Part shown: piece by piece, positions 1 to 12,286 of the stretch
Layout of the letters: each line of letters starts with the position of its first letter
Position numbering within the stretch: the first letter of the stretch is position 1
Source: Schmidtea polychroa
Taxonomy: Eukaryota
DNA length: 64,000 nucleotides
Assembly (NCBI GenBank): GCA_044892525.1
Contig: CM097885.1
Span: 5,892,001-5,956,000, forward strand
Reading direction: 5' to 3'
The notes under the pieces: generated by a model
What the model was told of the DNA's origin: nothing
Databases searched by the model: none
Seen by the model: only the letters and a program-made list of their open reading frames with translations
Position numbers and translations under genes: made by a program

Positions 1-610
1 AACAAACATTCAGAACCGAATATAACCAGCTCCCCTGTTGTTGGAACTGCTACAAGATTCCAAGGACCTTTTGATGAACCTTTCCATATTATTTCAATAG
101 TTTTAATAACATCCTTTCCATCCTTTCCTGGTCTAATTAGTAAACCACAAACGTTACTATTATTTCGTGGCAAAATCACCTTTTTAAAAATATATAAATA
201 AAAGCATTAAAATGCAAATTTCAAATGAATACGTTAAGAACAATTGGTGTTTCACTGGGCTTGAATGATATCCCATTTCCCGAATTGAACTTTCCATCAT
301 TCTGAATGTTGTCCACAGAGCTTGTAACTGATTCCCCATTGGTTTGGAATTTTAGATTTTCCTCGTAAAAATCCGCGCCTAAAAGTTATTCTCATCCAAT
401 CAAATTCCAGTAATTTTCTACCTGTCAAAATGAGATCATTTGGAAGTCCAATTGTCCGTTTTTCTCTCAATTCTCCCGACACGATTTGCCACAAATCCTG
501 ATCAGAATCTTTACAATTTATCCCAATTAAACCTTGAGAATAAAATTCAAAATTAATGATATAAATACAAAATATTAACTCAGCGCAATAATTATTAGCA
601 AAAGTTTCAT
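1..610 (-). CDS. 5' part of a spliced gene for an unknown secreted protein; runs off the left edge
   Basis: Manual splicing: ATG at 610 (MKLLLIIIAL) and GT-AG introns at about 533-579, 380-422 and 180-232 give a continuous frame MKLLLIIIALSLIGINC-KDSDQDLWQIVSG...LTGADFYEENLKF...PIVLNVILPRNNSNVCGLLIRPGKDG...GSECL. The N-terminus is hydrophobic and signal-peptide-like. Confidence 0.7.
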
Positions 611-1594
611 TTTTGATTACTACTCATAAACAATAAACATATTTCTGGAGCAACCTTTATACCATTTCTTACCTCCATCTGGTACATAATCTCCAGGTAA
701 CACGTGGAGACCTAACTTGATTTTTATTACAAAAATAATATTTTCCCACCAAAAATATTCTATAAATGGAACTTTGTTTTTTTCTGGCGGTTTTATGATT
801 GTTTACGTATGCGATCCTTATGGAGCTTTGACAGTCTTTTATTAATGCACTGTTACGTTTATTTATGTGTAAACAATAATTTATTATTATGAAATTTACT
901 ATTTTGTTTTATTGAATGACTCTTAAATAATTTTCTAGGGAAAAATTAAAAAATAAACGAAAACTTTCGAATTGAGTTGACTTTTCAAACGTCGGTTTAA
1001 AATTTGTATTGGATATTTCACCCGCCATAAGGATAAAGTGTCGAAGCCTTTTTTTGGGATTCAAGAGTTAGAGTTGGGAGTAATTATTGTTTAATTAAAG
1101 CATAACGAAATATAAATTTGTCCTCGAACAAACATCACCCTAAAACATTATTTAGGGCCTAGTTTCAGCTCCTTTACATCCACTCTCACCGTGTGATATC
1201 TTGAAAGAAACATTGAGGAGGATAATCTTTTTTTTCATAACAAACACTCATTTAAATTTCATTCAATCCTTTTAGTATTAAATACTTCACCTCAATGTTA
1301 CCTTTGACTGACTCTTGCTTTCCTAATGAGAATGTGATTGTCATCCGTGAGTGGTAAGGTCTTACGTATAATATAATAAGGTAAATAATGCCGGGTAAAA
1401 TTCACCTACATAAATGAAGAGGCTCTTTCAATTAAAAAATAACCGAATATAAAATATAATATCCTTAAAATAGTATTAAATTAAAAATCAAAAATTTTAC
1501 ATGTTGTTAAAAGCATTTCATTGTCTTTATGAATCGTAATTTTTATTGTAGACTTCTAAAAAAGGAGAAGATGGATGGTGGAAATCTGTCTTTA

Positions 1595-1730
1595 CCTAAA
1601 ACAGGATAATGTTTGACCACATGCCTCTTTCAAAAGCTTAACAATTCCAACTCAATATCTTGCCCACCCCTTATTCATCCGACGTGGTACCGCCAAACTT
1701 GTATTTTTTCGCCCCTATGAAAATGGTATT
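1595..1730 (+). mobile_element. Degenerate mariner transposase fragment
   Basis: Interrupted translation QDNV*PH ... (H)PYSSDVVPPNLYFFAPMK resembles the mariner HDNARPH and HPPYSPDLAPSDF motifs. Confidence 0.55.
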
Positions 1731-3691
1731 ATGTGGTTAGAGTTTCATCTCTGCTACCGAAGTACAAATAGAGTTTCAAGTGTGTGTTGATTCAAAACCA
1801 CCCACATTTTTCGAAGGTGGTAATTTGCTGTTGTTTATGGTGGGAGATATGTGGCCAAACCAGTTTATCATCTACCAAAGTCATTAGGCAAGACTATTGT
1901 TTAAATAATGGAGGAGTCGGGATAATACTTCTAAGGAAAAAAAATGGCAGATGCGACATAAAATAAGAAATTAATATAATAATTTCAAATCCACGGAGAA
2001 TTCCTCAGTAAAAGTCATTGAGGATAAATAAATTAATTAAAATATTTGTTGACGACTATAATTGTTTTTGTAGGTAATCACTAACTCAATTCCACCCACT
2101 GTAATTACTTGCCACCATCGGATGTCTTTGCAAACTTTTAACTATGTTTACACCTCCTTGGTGAAAAAAAGGATTATATGAGTTGCTGATACGCATAGTT
2201 TGTAAAATATTAAATGTATTTATACACATTTCATAAGATTGTTATAACAAATTTTCATAAAGGATATGATGAGATGTGGTAGTGGAGTGCCATATTCTGA
2301 TGAACTTGATAAAGCTTCGGTGAAATTAGAAAATAATTTTAGAAAAATAATTGACGATTAAAACAATAAAATTAAATAAGAATACAGAAATTGTTAGTAA
2401 AGTTATAGTTAAAAATATAGTTACGTTTGAATCTATTTTGCACTTAAATTACCCAGCCATTTAGAAGACTTCAACTAAGGGCCCAATACCTCTCTATGCG
2501 TAAGTACAAAGAAGTTCTCAACCTCTTCCCCACGTTTGAAAAGCTAATTTACCCAGTCACAAGACATTAAATTATTAATTTTGCATATGCCTAATTTTGA
2601 ATGTCAAGTTCGCTCATGTTAGGTTCGCTGGGTAAAAGATAGAACTAGAACAATACAAATATTTTATACAAATAAACATTGGTTGTTAAATATAATTTCT
2701 GTTAAACGAGTGATTGTGCAATTTTCGAATTCTGCTCAATTTGTTTTCGTGTGTCTCTATTGATTGTGTCTCTTTTGAGTTTTCTTGGTGTCTGATTATT
2801 GTATCAAAATTTATATCGACTTTTGCGTTTAACTTGATCGCCCCTTAACTCAAATTTTAATCGCTATTTATATTAATGATTTATAACTTATTCTATAAAT
2901 AGTAATTATTTAATTACTATTTTTACTTTTATATACTTATTTAAATACTATTTAAATATTTATAATTTATTTCTATTTATAGTGATTATTAAATACTATT
3001 AATAATTTATTTTGTTTGTTATCTAAAGCTTCCTTATTGTCTTTCTCCTAGCTCCTACTGAAACCCAACATTCAGTAAAATAGACAAAAGAACATTCAAC
3101 TTTTAGTTTTTAACTATTTAAAAATTAAACCATAACAATACTACGCGAAAGCGAAAAATCCATCCATCAATACGTCTATCACCAATTCATATATTATGTT
3201 TTCATTACAAGTGTTATAAAATCATCAATACACTTTCATGGTTCTAAGCACTATGATGCTTTTAAAATGACCTCAACTCATATCATCTTATTTCATTTTT
3301 ATTTCACTTATCAATTTCATACTTTTCTTAAAGTTCATCGTTAATAAATAATCAAAGAAAGAAGGCAAAGTTTTAATAATAGAGAATCGCCAAACATGTA
3401 TATTAAAATATAGTATTGCTATATATTTCAACCGTTTAAAAGTCTTCTTCAGGCTAGGAATAAAATTAATGACAACTAAATAAAAATAAGAATATTCAAA
3501 CAAATTAACAAGTAATAATCGTAATAAAATTGTATCAAACTAAAAAATATTTAAAACAAATTTTCTTACTTCTGAAAATAAAAAATATTTTTTTAATCAT
3601 ATAAAAATCATTTTAATTTAAAAAAAAATGCACAAATTGTTAACATTCTCATACAAAAATTTCCATAGAAAAAATTTAACAAACAAAAACA

Positions 3692-3995
3692 TCACAAATA
3701 ATAAATATACAAGTTAAATTCTTTAAATACATTCAAAATCCCTGTAGACAGGGCACTTTGAATATTAATTATAGGATTTAAAGATCTATTTAGCAACGGC
3801 TCATACATTACTCGTTCCCAGTAATTACTCAAATTTTTTGACAAAATCTTAAAATCAGAAATACTTATCTTTTTAATGGTACACTTCATAAAATAATCAC
3901 TAATGTGGGTCAATCCATTCCGTCGGCAATGCTCAAGAACTTGAGTGCAGAGATGATGGCAGTTTCTCCAAGATATGTGGCATTTCATCTTTAAT
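3692..3995 (-). mobile_element. Penelope-like retroelement 3' fragment (GIY-YIG endonuclease, frameshifted)
   Basis: ATYLGET / HHLCTQVLEH...SDFKILSKNLSNYWERVMYEPLL..SLNPIINIQ. It aligns with the copy at 55225-55560. Confidence 0.7.
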
Positions 3996-4896
3996 ATCAA
4001 CCTTTAAATAATAAATAATTTAAACTAATCATTAACTAGGAGCCATCCACGTATTATATACGCACTGATGCTGTGGTTGGCTATTTATAAACTCTCAGGA
4101 TTTCAAAGTTTCAGAATAGTGTGCATACGTTGCGTACGTATACAGTCTTTTAATACTCCCTCCTCTTCTCATAAGCATCCCTATGCAAATTCTCACAAAC
4201 CCAATCTACCATCTCTCTCAGTGCTTACATAAAAGATGGATGCCCTCCGCTACTAAGATTACATAAAGATTATCTCAACTAACAAATGAAAAACTAAAAG
4301 CAACAAAATTGACTTTAATCTTGACTTTGAAACCAGATTGATCGTACTCAAAAGAATTTGGGATGAATTCCAGCTTGGAAACAAGAACAAGCCATCTCGA
4401 AAACAAAATTGTGTCAATCATCTACTTACCAAGAGTGACATGCGGTACAAAACCCGCTGTGGCGGTTGGGCATCTCTTAGACACATAAGTTCAATGGCAG
4501 TTTTGTCTAGGTGGTTTGCGACTTAGATATTGGACCAGGTATAATATTAGGGCCTTTGATAATGGTGGAAAATTCGCTTAGAAATGATAATCTCGATGAT
4601 AAAAATTAATGTAAACATCGGACAAAACATAACATATTTACAATGCAGCTGGTTCTCCAGCCATCCATATTTCAGTAGCTGGTGGGATCGAGGGGGAGGG
4701 GGGGCTGATTGGGTAATTTAATCTATGAAAATGGTCTTCTTTTCACAAATAATAATTTATAAAAATCGATAAATAAAAACAATTATATATACATGTATTA
4801 TGTTAATATTATTTGAGTTTTTTGAGTCAGCTTTTATCATTATAAATGACCTAATTTCAATCAGTTCAGAATTCATTTTGAAGGAATTCTACAGTA

Positions 4897-7029
4897 ATGC
4901 AATCTAAATCTTCGACAAAGTCAATGACACCATTGCCATCGAACATTCGTCCTCCCCAGAGACCATCAACCGGACCTTCTACTAAAAGACCAAATTCATC
5001 AATGTCTGGGCCTAATAACATCATAAAGCAAAGCCCAACTCAGCCTCACACCCCTGGAATACAAATAAACGAAGGAATCATTCAAAATCCTCCGGAGATT
5101 AGATGCTTTCCTGGCGGAATTCCATATGACTATGCTAATTGTAATGGATCTAATCCTAGAAATGAATATTTACAAGAGAAATGCAAAGCGGCTGCGTCTA
5201 ACCTGAGGCAGTTGGAAACAAAACAAAAGCTTATGGAAGCTTCTATGAGAAGGTTGTTAAGATCCATGAAAGATCTGAGAACCAAAGAACAAACTACTGG
5301 ATTTAGTCTTGAATTAGACAAAAGACGTCGAATTAAACTGACGAGAATGATTCAGATTCTCATGCTTCAGCGAAAGAATATGCAACTTCAAAACGACACT
5401 CTACGCAAGGAAGTCATAACTATTAATAGAAAGTTTATCACTCTCAGAAAAAGAGCAGAAACGCTCCTAGTAGAAAACATAAATATGAGAAAATTCTATA
5501 GTGAATCCAGAGGAGATGTTGACAGGAAAGCAATTCAAATCGAAAGTCTTCTCCAAAACAAGGCTCTCCTCCAGAAACAAGTATACGACAAAGTTGACTT
5601 GAAGGTTGAAGTAGAGAATTTGAAGTTTGAACTACGAAAACTGATGGTAGAAAACCACAACTTAAAAGAATCTTTGAAAAAGGCTGATCATCTGTTGAAA
5701 TGTAAAACCCAAGAAAAGGAAGTAGCCGAATTGAAAAATAGCCAATTGACAGCCGACATTGTCCGACTGGAAGCGGACGATACAAATAATCAGTACCGAA
5801 TAGAAAGACTGACAACCGAAAACGAATCATTGAGACAAAATATGTTGAAATGTAAAAATAACAACGAAGATCTAACAATTGTTTCATACGAGTATGAAAA
5901 AATGAAAGAAAAGCTCGGTGAAATGCAAAAGAATTACCATAAATTAGAGAGGCTTTATCTGCAGGAAGCTGAACACCGCAAGTTCCTTCACAACCAACTG
6001 CAAGAGGAAAAAGGAAATTTTCGTGTTTTATGTAGGGTTAAACCAGACGTAGAGGAATCTTCATGGGGATTTAAAGGAAATGATAAAATTAGAATACCCG
6101 AAGCTTGCCAATTGCCTAGGGGGGATGAAGGTTGTTATACCTTCAATCGAGTCTTGCGGCCTGAATCGACTAATCGGGAAATCTTCGATGAGACAAAATC
6201 ACTAATTTCCTCATGTATAGATGGGTTTAATGTTTGTTTTCTTGCGTACGGTCCGACAGGAAGTGGCAAAACCTATACAATGCAAGGTACAAGAGAAGAT
6301 CCCGGACTAACACTGAGAACAATTGCAGAGTTATCAGACTTAATTCAAGCCACAAAATCCGTTTGGGATATCCAAACGTCTGTTTGTATGATTGAAATTC
6401 ACAATGAAGTAATTTATGATCTCTTAAGTAAATGTATTTCCTCGGTTCGTCTCAGTGACGATGGCTACGATGTGCGACTGATAGATATCAACGAAAAGCA
6501 AGCGGCCACTGAACAGGATCTATTATTTTGGATAGCAAAAGGTCACAAAAGACGAAAAATGGCAGCCACAAAATTGAACCTTCAATCATCCCGGTCACAT
6601 TTGATAATCAGAATCAGTCTGATGATGCAGAATAAAATTGACAATTCCAAGCGGTCATCGAGTCTGATATTTTGCGATTTGGCGGGTTCGGAAAGCGCGG
6701 AGAAAATCGAAGCAAATGATGCGTTTAAAGTAGAAACGGGTCACATTAATCGTTCGTTGGTTGCGTTAAGTAGAGTATTTGAGTGTTTACGCAATCAGAA
6801 ATCCCCAATTCCCTACCGGGATTCTAAACTTACGCATTTGTTAAAACCTTGCCTGGGAGGACAAGCGAAGTGTTTGTTAATTATTACGATATCTGGAGAT
6901 CTGTGTAAAGTAAACCGTAGTATTAAAGCCCTCCAGTTCGGTCAGACAGCTATGGATATAGCGGTTGGGAAAATAAGACAAAACACTTCTATTCTTTCAT
7001 GCAAATCAGGTATATCAAAATTTAAATAA
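4897..7029 (+). CDS. Kinesin-14 family C-terminal motor protein (KIFC3-like), intronless, 710 aa
   Basis: Pro/Ser-rich N-terminus, long coiled coil, kinesin-14 neck RKFLHNQLQEEKGNFRVLCRVKP, P-loop GPTGSGKT, switch I NLQSSRSH, switch II DLAGSE, IPYRDSKLTHLL. AATAAA about 35 nt after the stop. Confidence 0.95.
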   Translation: MQSKSSTKSMTPLPSNIRPPQRPSTGPSTKRPNSSMSGPNNIIKQSPTQPHTPGIQINEGIIQNPPEIRCFPGGIPYDYANCNGSNPRNEYLQEKCKAAASNLRQLETKQKLMEASMRRLLRSMKDLRTKEQTTGFSLELDKRRRIKLTRMIQILMLQRKNMQLQNDTLRKEVITINRKFITLRKRAETLLVENINMRKFYSESRGDVDRKAIQIESLLQNKALLQKQVYDKVDLKVEVENLKFELRKLMVENHNLKESLKKADHLLKCKTQEKEVAELKNSQLTADIVRLEADDTNNQYRIERLTTENESLRQNMLKCKNNNEDLTIVSYEYEKMKEKLGEMQKNYHKLERLYLQEAEHRKFLHNQLQEEKGNFRVLCRVKPDVEESSWGFKGNDKIRIPEACQLPRGDEGCYTFNRVLRPESTNREIFDETKSLISSCIDGFNVCFLAYGPTGSGKTYTMQGTREDPGLTLRTIAELSDLIQATKSVWDIQTSVCMIEIHNEVIYDLLSKCISSVRLSDDGYDVRLIDINEKQAATEQDLLFWIAKGHKRRKMAATKLNLQSSRSHLIIRISLMMQNKIDNSKRSSSLIFCDLAGSESAEKIEANDAFKVETGHINRSLVALSRVFECLRNQKSPIPYRDSKLTHLLKPCLGGQAKCLLIITISGDLCKVNRSIKALQFGQTAMDIAVGKIRQNTSILSCKSGISKFK

Positions 7030-7576
7030 TGTTTTTATCCCTACCTCTTCACTTATCGAAATGAAATAAACTTCTTGTATTAACCAGTAGTTGGTTTGAA
7101 TTAAAGGTATAGTTTTCAATTTTTACTGTATTCCGTACAATAAACTGTCCTCTATTATAGAATTGACTGTTTCTTTTTTATAATTAACCCCCATCTCCCC
7201 GAAATATGTCATGTATACAAATGTCTAAAATAACAAAAAACACTAATTTGTGTAATCTCTTGCCATAAGAAGGCAATTATCTAATTTTGTGTGGGTTTGG
7301 CATCACGAGAATATCATCAAACATCGATATCTTTACTGATTCATAGTCAAGCTTTTTAATAAATACAAAATAAATCTAATCTAAATTAATAAAAAGCCAG
7401 CAAATTCTCATCAGAACGAATTCATATTTTCTATAAGTCAAAATAAAGTCAATTAAATTTTATAGTTTTTAGAGACTACAATTAAAGTATAAAATTAGTA
7501 TAAAATAGAGCTCAATTAAATAAAAATTAGCACTAATAAATTTCCAGATTTCACTAATAGATGAAAACTCTACTAT

Positions 7577-10147
7577 TGTTGGGTATTTTATGTAAGTCGG
7601 TATCACTGTCTAATTCTTTGGTGTCCTTTTATTAATCAAATCGAACCACCCAACACAACAATATTTATATGGAATTAATACAATTACACTACCTTTCTTT
7701 TATTACACACTTTACTGAAACAATCACATTTAAAACAACTCTTTTGCACTACACACTTTTCAATTTCAAGGGTTTGTAATACCAGGATCCTGTATAATTT
7801 CCCCATCCCGAAAACCCGGGATTTTTTTAAACAATCCGGGGATTTCGGGATTACAATAATTTTTATGTTGGTGTGATTTGCATATCAATATATGTAATAT
7901 TTATTATCTAAGTCATTCAGTAATTATTGTTGGTTCAACTTTTTTGATTATTAGTGTGTGGAAAATATTTTTGTTGTCAATGTTAATAAATAACTACACA
8001 AGCGCGTAATTACAAAAAAAAATTAAGTAAGAAAAATGGATTCAAAAACAAAGAAAATGAAACAATAAGAGCGCGATCAAATTCATAAGGAAAGTAATAA
8101 GCGAAAATCTAAAAAAGAAAAAATATTTCATTATAAAATATATATAATTCTTTAATTTTATACATTATTGCGTTTGTGAAAATAAAAATAATGTAATATA
8201 ATTACATAATTGTTTAAATTTGTATTTTATACAGTAATTTAGTGTGTTCAGTCTTTTCATAAGAATATAAAAATCTATGAACAATATATTATAATAGACA
8301 TTTTCGATTCAATCCAAATTAAGAGAAATATACATAAGTATTCTAAATTATCATCATTAAAATATCTTAGATTATATATTCTAGATTAAGTATAAATAAC
8401 ATAATTTTATTTTATTTTGATTTGTATTTTTCTACAATAATTCACTTATGTAATATCTGAATATAAAACTTTCTTTCTAACAATAAACTATACAGTAAAC
8501 TACAGACACATTCGTTTCAATCCAAATTTGTAAGTAAAGCAAAGACTATCGGTAAAAGAAATAATTGACACTTAATTTAATAATTCTTTAGCCGCTAAAC
8601 CATGACGTCAGAATCAAAATACACTCAATTCAACAGCACAGCTCCAATATGGAAGTATTTTCTGCGAGATAAAGAAAACAAAACTGCGAAGTGCAAAATT
8701 AATACTTGTGTGAAAATATTGAAAATCAGTGGCTCAAAATCGGCTCAACAAAAGGACTGCACACCCATTTGGCATCCACACATAAAATCTACTTAAAAAT
8801 GAAATCATCAAGTTTATTGACATCAATAGAAGAAATACAAACTAAGGACTTAAAATTATCATTAAAATTACTCTGTATGCTGGAAAGATTTCATAAGTTA
8901 AAAGATTGTATTACACCTAATTCCACGTGTTAAAAGGCTCTATAATCAGTCTATGCCTCACCATTTATGAGAGCGTTTACATTATATTTCATTTTTTCAT
9001 TTCAATTCAATTTTATTTTATGGTTTTAGAAGTAAGTTTTTTAAATTTAAGTATATTTTAAGACTTGAATTTTGATTTTATATAATTATGAGATCATTAT
9101 TCAAGCTCTTAAATATTACTTGTAATCAGCATTTATATTATGCTTTGATATGCTCAAAATTTGGAGTCGGCTAAATCATGAAACGATTTATACATCATGC
9201 TTTTCAAGATCGTATTTTCAACAAATAAATAATTGATCCCTTAATTTTTGAAATTATATATTTTGAACACAATGTGTGAATCTTCCTTTTTAAATGAAAT
9301 ATTATTTATTATATTTTATAAAACAAAATTTAATTTTTTATTAACCTATACCAAGAAATATTAATTTTGTTGATAAAAAACTAATACCACTCATATTTAT
9401 GTACCTGTTTTTCATTGATTTTTAAAGAAGACAAAATCCTGGGATTAAATATTTCAATCCCAAATCCCGGGATTGATAATTTTCGGGATTTTCGGAAACC
9501 CTAATCTGAACCTTGCCCAGGGATTAATCTTCCAACGGAAGATGTCCTTTTGTGGTACGCTAGATTCGAAAATATTTAGTTATTACTAAGTTAAACTCTC
9601 CTTTGCTTCCTTTTGCTAAACTATGCCTTTTCTATCTTCGGCCTACCGGCCTTCTGTTTACTTGTTGTCGCTTTTATACCCATCTCGTAATTTCATTATC
9701 CCCTAATCAAATTACTTTGGATCATTTTTCCGTGGCTTTCCTCCTATCAACCTAATTAGTTTGGGCAAATTGCTCATTTTTTTAATAGCTTGCGCTAATT
9801 AAATTATTCGTCGGCCACTTTGACCACTCGGGTCCTCCCACACTGCTCGGGTTTTCCATTGGCTCGGATTTTCCATTTGCTCGGGTTTTCTATTGGCTAA
9901 TTAATTTTTAATTAATTTTAATTATTTTAAATTATTTCCTTCTAGGGACTTCTCATCGACTTTATTTTTATGATATTTAAACTGGTCTCACTGTTCGGCA
10001 TCCGCCCATACCAGTTTCCCCGGGAAATATTCATATTAAATTTTTTGATTTTTAATTAATATTTTGTAGCTTAAATTATCATTGTAATTTTGATGTTTTT
10101 ATTCTTTTATCACTTCATTTTTGTGCCTTTCTTGTTGAACCCCAACA
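7577..10147 (+). mobile_element. Solo LTR (TGTTGGG...CCCAACA) interrupted by a hAT insertion
   Basis: Inverted termini TGTTGGG / CCCAACA flanked by 4-bp direct repeat CTAT (7573-7576 and 10148-10151). The first ~150 nt match the reverse complement of about 46490-46628. Orientation is arbitrary. Confidence 0.75.
7768..9503 (+). mobile_element. Internally deleted hAT DNA transposon with BED zinc-finger remnant
   Basis: AGGGTTT / AAACCCT termini with multiple subterminal ATCCCG / CGGGAT motifs at both ends. ORFs 8602-8796 and 8706-8933 together give a frameshifted BED finger (IWKYF...AKCKINTC...GSTKGLHTHLASTHKI). Confidence 0.75.
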
Positions 10148-11499
10148 CTATTAACAAGAAAAATAAGAGACAAGTGGTAAAATAATTCAAAAATAATGAA
10201 AAATATATAATCCTAATGTTAATCAGTCGTAACTCACATAGGTCGTATGTCGACGACTGACTACATTGTCTAATATAATATAATAAAGGTATACTAAAAT
10301 CACTACTGTTGGGCTAGAGCTACAAAATTGAGAGCTTGGTTTAATGAGTCGAAAATATATGGTATTAAAAAACACACCAAGTTGAATTAAAATCTATGAT
10401 TATACACCAAATAATACAAGTAAAGTACGCAACACAATGAGAATAAATTAAACATGTATAATAAAACAAAGGAACGCAAGAAGTTGCAATCACCAACACA
10501 GTTAAGAGAGAAATAATGTATTCGAAAAATCTGCCAACTAGAAAATAAAAGAATAATAAATAAAATAAATAATTTATAATTTGAAAAAAATTAAGAATGA
10601 TTATTGGTGATATTTACATACGAAAAACAACAATCAAATTCATTAGGGATGTTATGGCTCGTATTTACACATGAAGGACCTATGGCAAAGAGTCATATTT
10701 TAAGAAAAAGAGCAGAGAAACTTTATAAATAGATAAATTTAAAAAAATTATAATTAAAAATTTCCATTAAAATTGATTAAGAACTAAAGTAATAAAACAA
10801 AATTATTTAAGTAATTCGATTGTTTAAAACAATCAATTAAATTAAATATGAAACGCATAAACTCATGTACGTGTGTAAAGTAATTCAAAATTACCCGCAT
10901 TCCAATTTGATATATAGTGACAGAGAATGTGTAGGCGTACAATCAAAATCAGTATAAATACCGACGGAAAATTCATTTGAAAAACTTAAAAAAAACTTTT
11001 TCAAGATACGAAAAATATTTTACTTGCTCTCAATTTTTGGTTTCTATGAATTTTATGCAGCTGTAGTAGGTTTATTTTGTATAAAATAATTTTTATTCAT
11101 GCAATAATGTTTAAGTAAATAAATTTTTCACATTGGATTTAATTTTTTTTTGTTCTTTTTATTATCTATTTCTAAATTTAGTTTTCATCGAGTAAATTTA
11201 ATATGATTTTAGGATTTTTTTGGATGAACTGAGAATTACACCATGTCAAGGGTAAAGGGGACTAACTGTCCTCTTACCCAAGGGATGGGGTAATGTGTCA
11301 GACATCCGTCGACAGAGATTCAGCGAAACACTCGTATGGGCCACCTGGGTCGACAAATGACACCTTTTTATTGAGTATTCGGATTGAATTAGGTTTGTAA
11401 TAATAGAAAGGAGGTAGATTTTGAGTAAAAATAGAGAAGACTTATTTTTTAGGTGGTATTATAAAATCCTGTCTTAATTAGAATCAATTTAGGTCAAAA

Positions 11500-11905
11500 T
11501 TAGAAATATAGGCAGATTCCTGCTCAAATTTTCGAAGAGCAAACTGAGTAACCTCAATTATTGTAGAAAATTTAGAACAACATTCATGAACTGGTAAATA
11601 AGGGCGGATCCCTGCGAAATATTTTCGAAAATAACATTGGAAAACATCCAGTAAGGAGGACCATAATTAAATGAATAAATGAATGGCAATAATCTAAGAA
11701 AGGTATAGATAGGGAACAGTGATGTAAGACCTTCGGCAGTCCAGAACCCGAAAATGAAAATGCAATGAGTAGTTCTAGTAGTAGATCTCACCTCCTCATC
11801 GCTTTTCAGCCATTGTGTACATCACCAACATGGTTGTTAACATGGGTACGCGCATGGTATAAAGTAAAATAATCATGAAAGCGTTTAGGAAAGAGACGAA
11901 CATTT
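11500..11905 (-). pseudogene. Possible rhodopsin-like GPCR fragment (TM5-TM7), frameshifted
   Basis: Three hydrophobic segments in order: MFVSFLNAFMIILLYTMR, then a frameshift, EVRSTTRTTHCIFIFGFWTAEG, and YQFMNVVLNFL*. Pattern-level resemblance only. Confidence 0.35.
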
Positions 11906-12286
11906 AAATGACATAATTTGCTGCAAGTTTCAAGTTTATTTAAAACAAAAAATGAGAATTTTCGACTATAAAATAGTTAGCAAGTAAATTAGTAGATTTT
12001 GATCTTTTTGTTTTGAATTATCTGCATTCTGATTGGATATTGATTTAATTTCGAAATTAAAGTATTTTTATTTTTTAAAAATCTTTAAATTTTAAAATTA
12101 TATTTATTGTTTTGGACAAATTTTCTATAGGATTTTAAGTTGCTGATATTTCCACAATTATTGTGAAACAAATTATTTAGTTTCAAAACATTTCAAAACA
12201 TAGAATTACAATCCAATGACAAGTACTTCATCAAAAGCCCTATAAAACTTTCAAATAAAAAATATATAAGTTCTTGGTTATATTAG

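Noticed and set aside
2290..2340. CTGATGA...GAAA hammerhead-like or C/D snoRNA-like boxes
   Set aside because: No UH triplet in the right place and weak stems. The boxes are short enough to occur by chance in AT-rich DNA.
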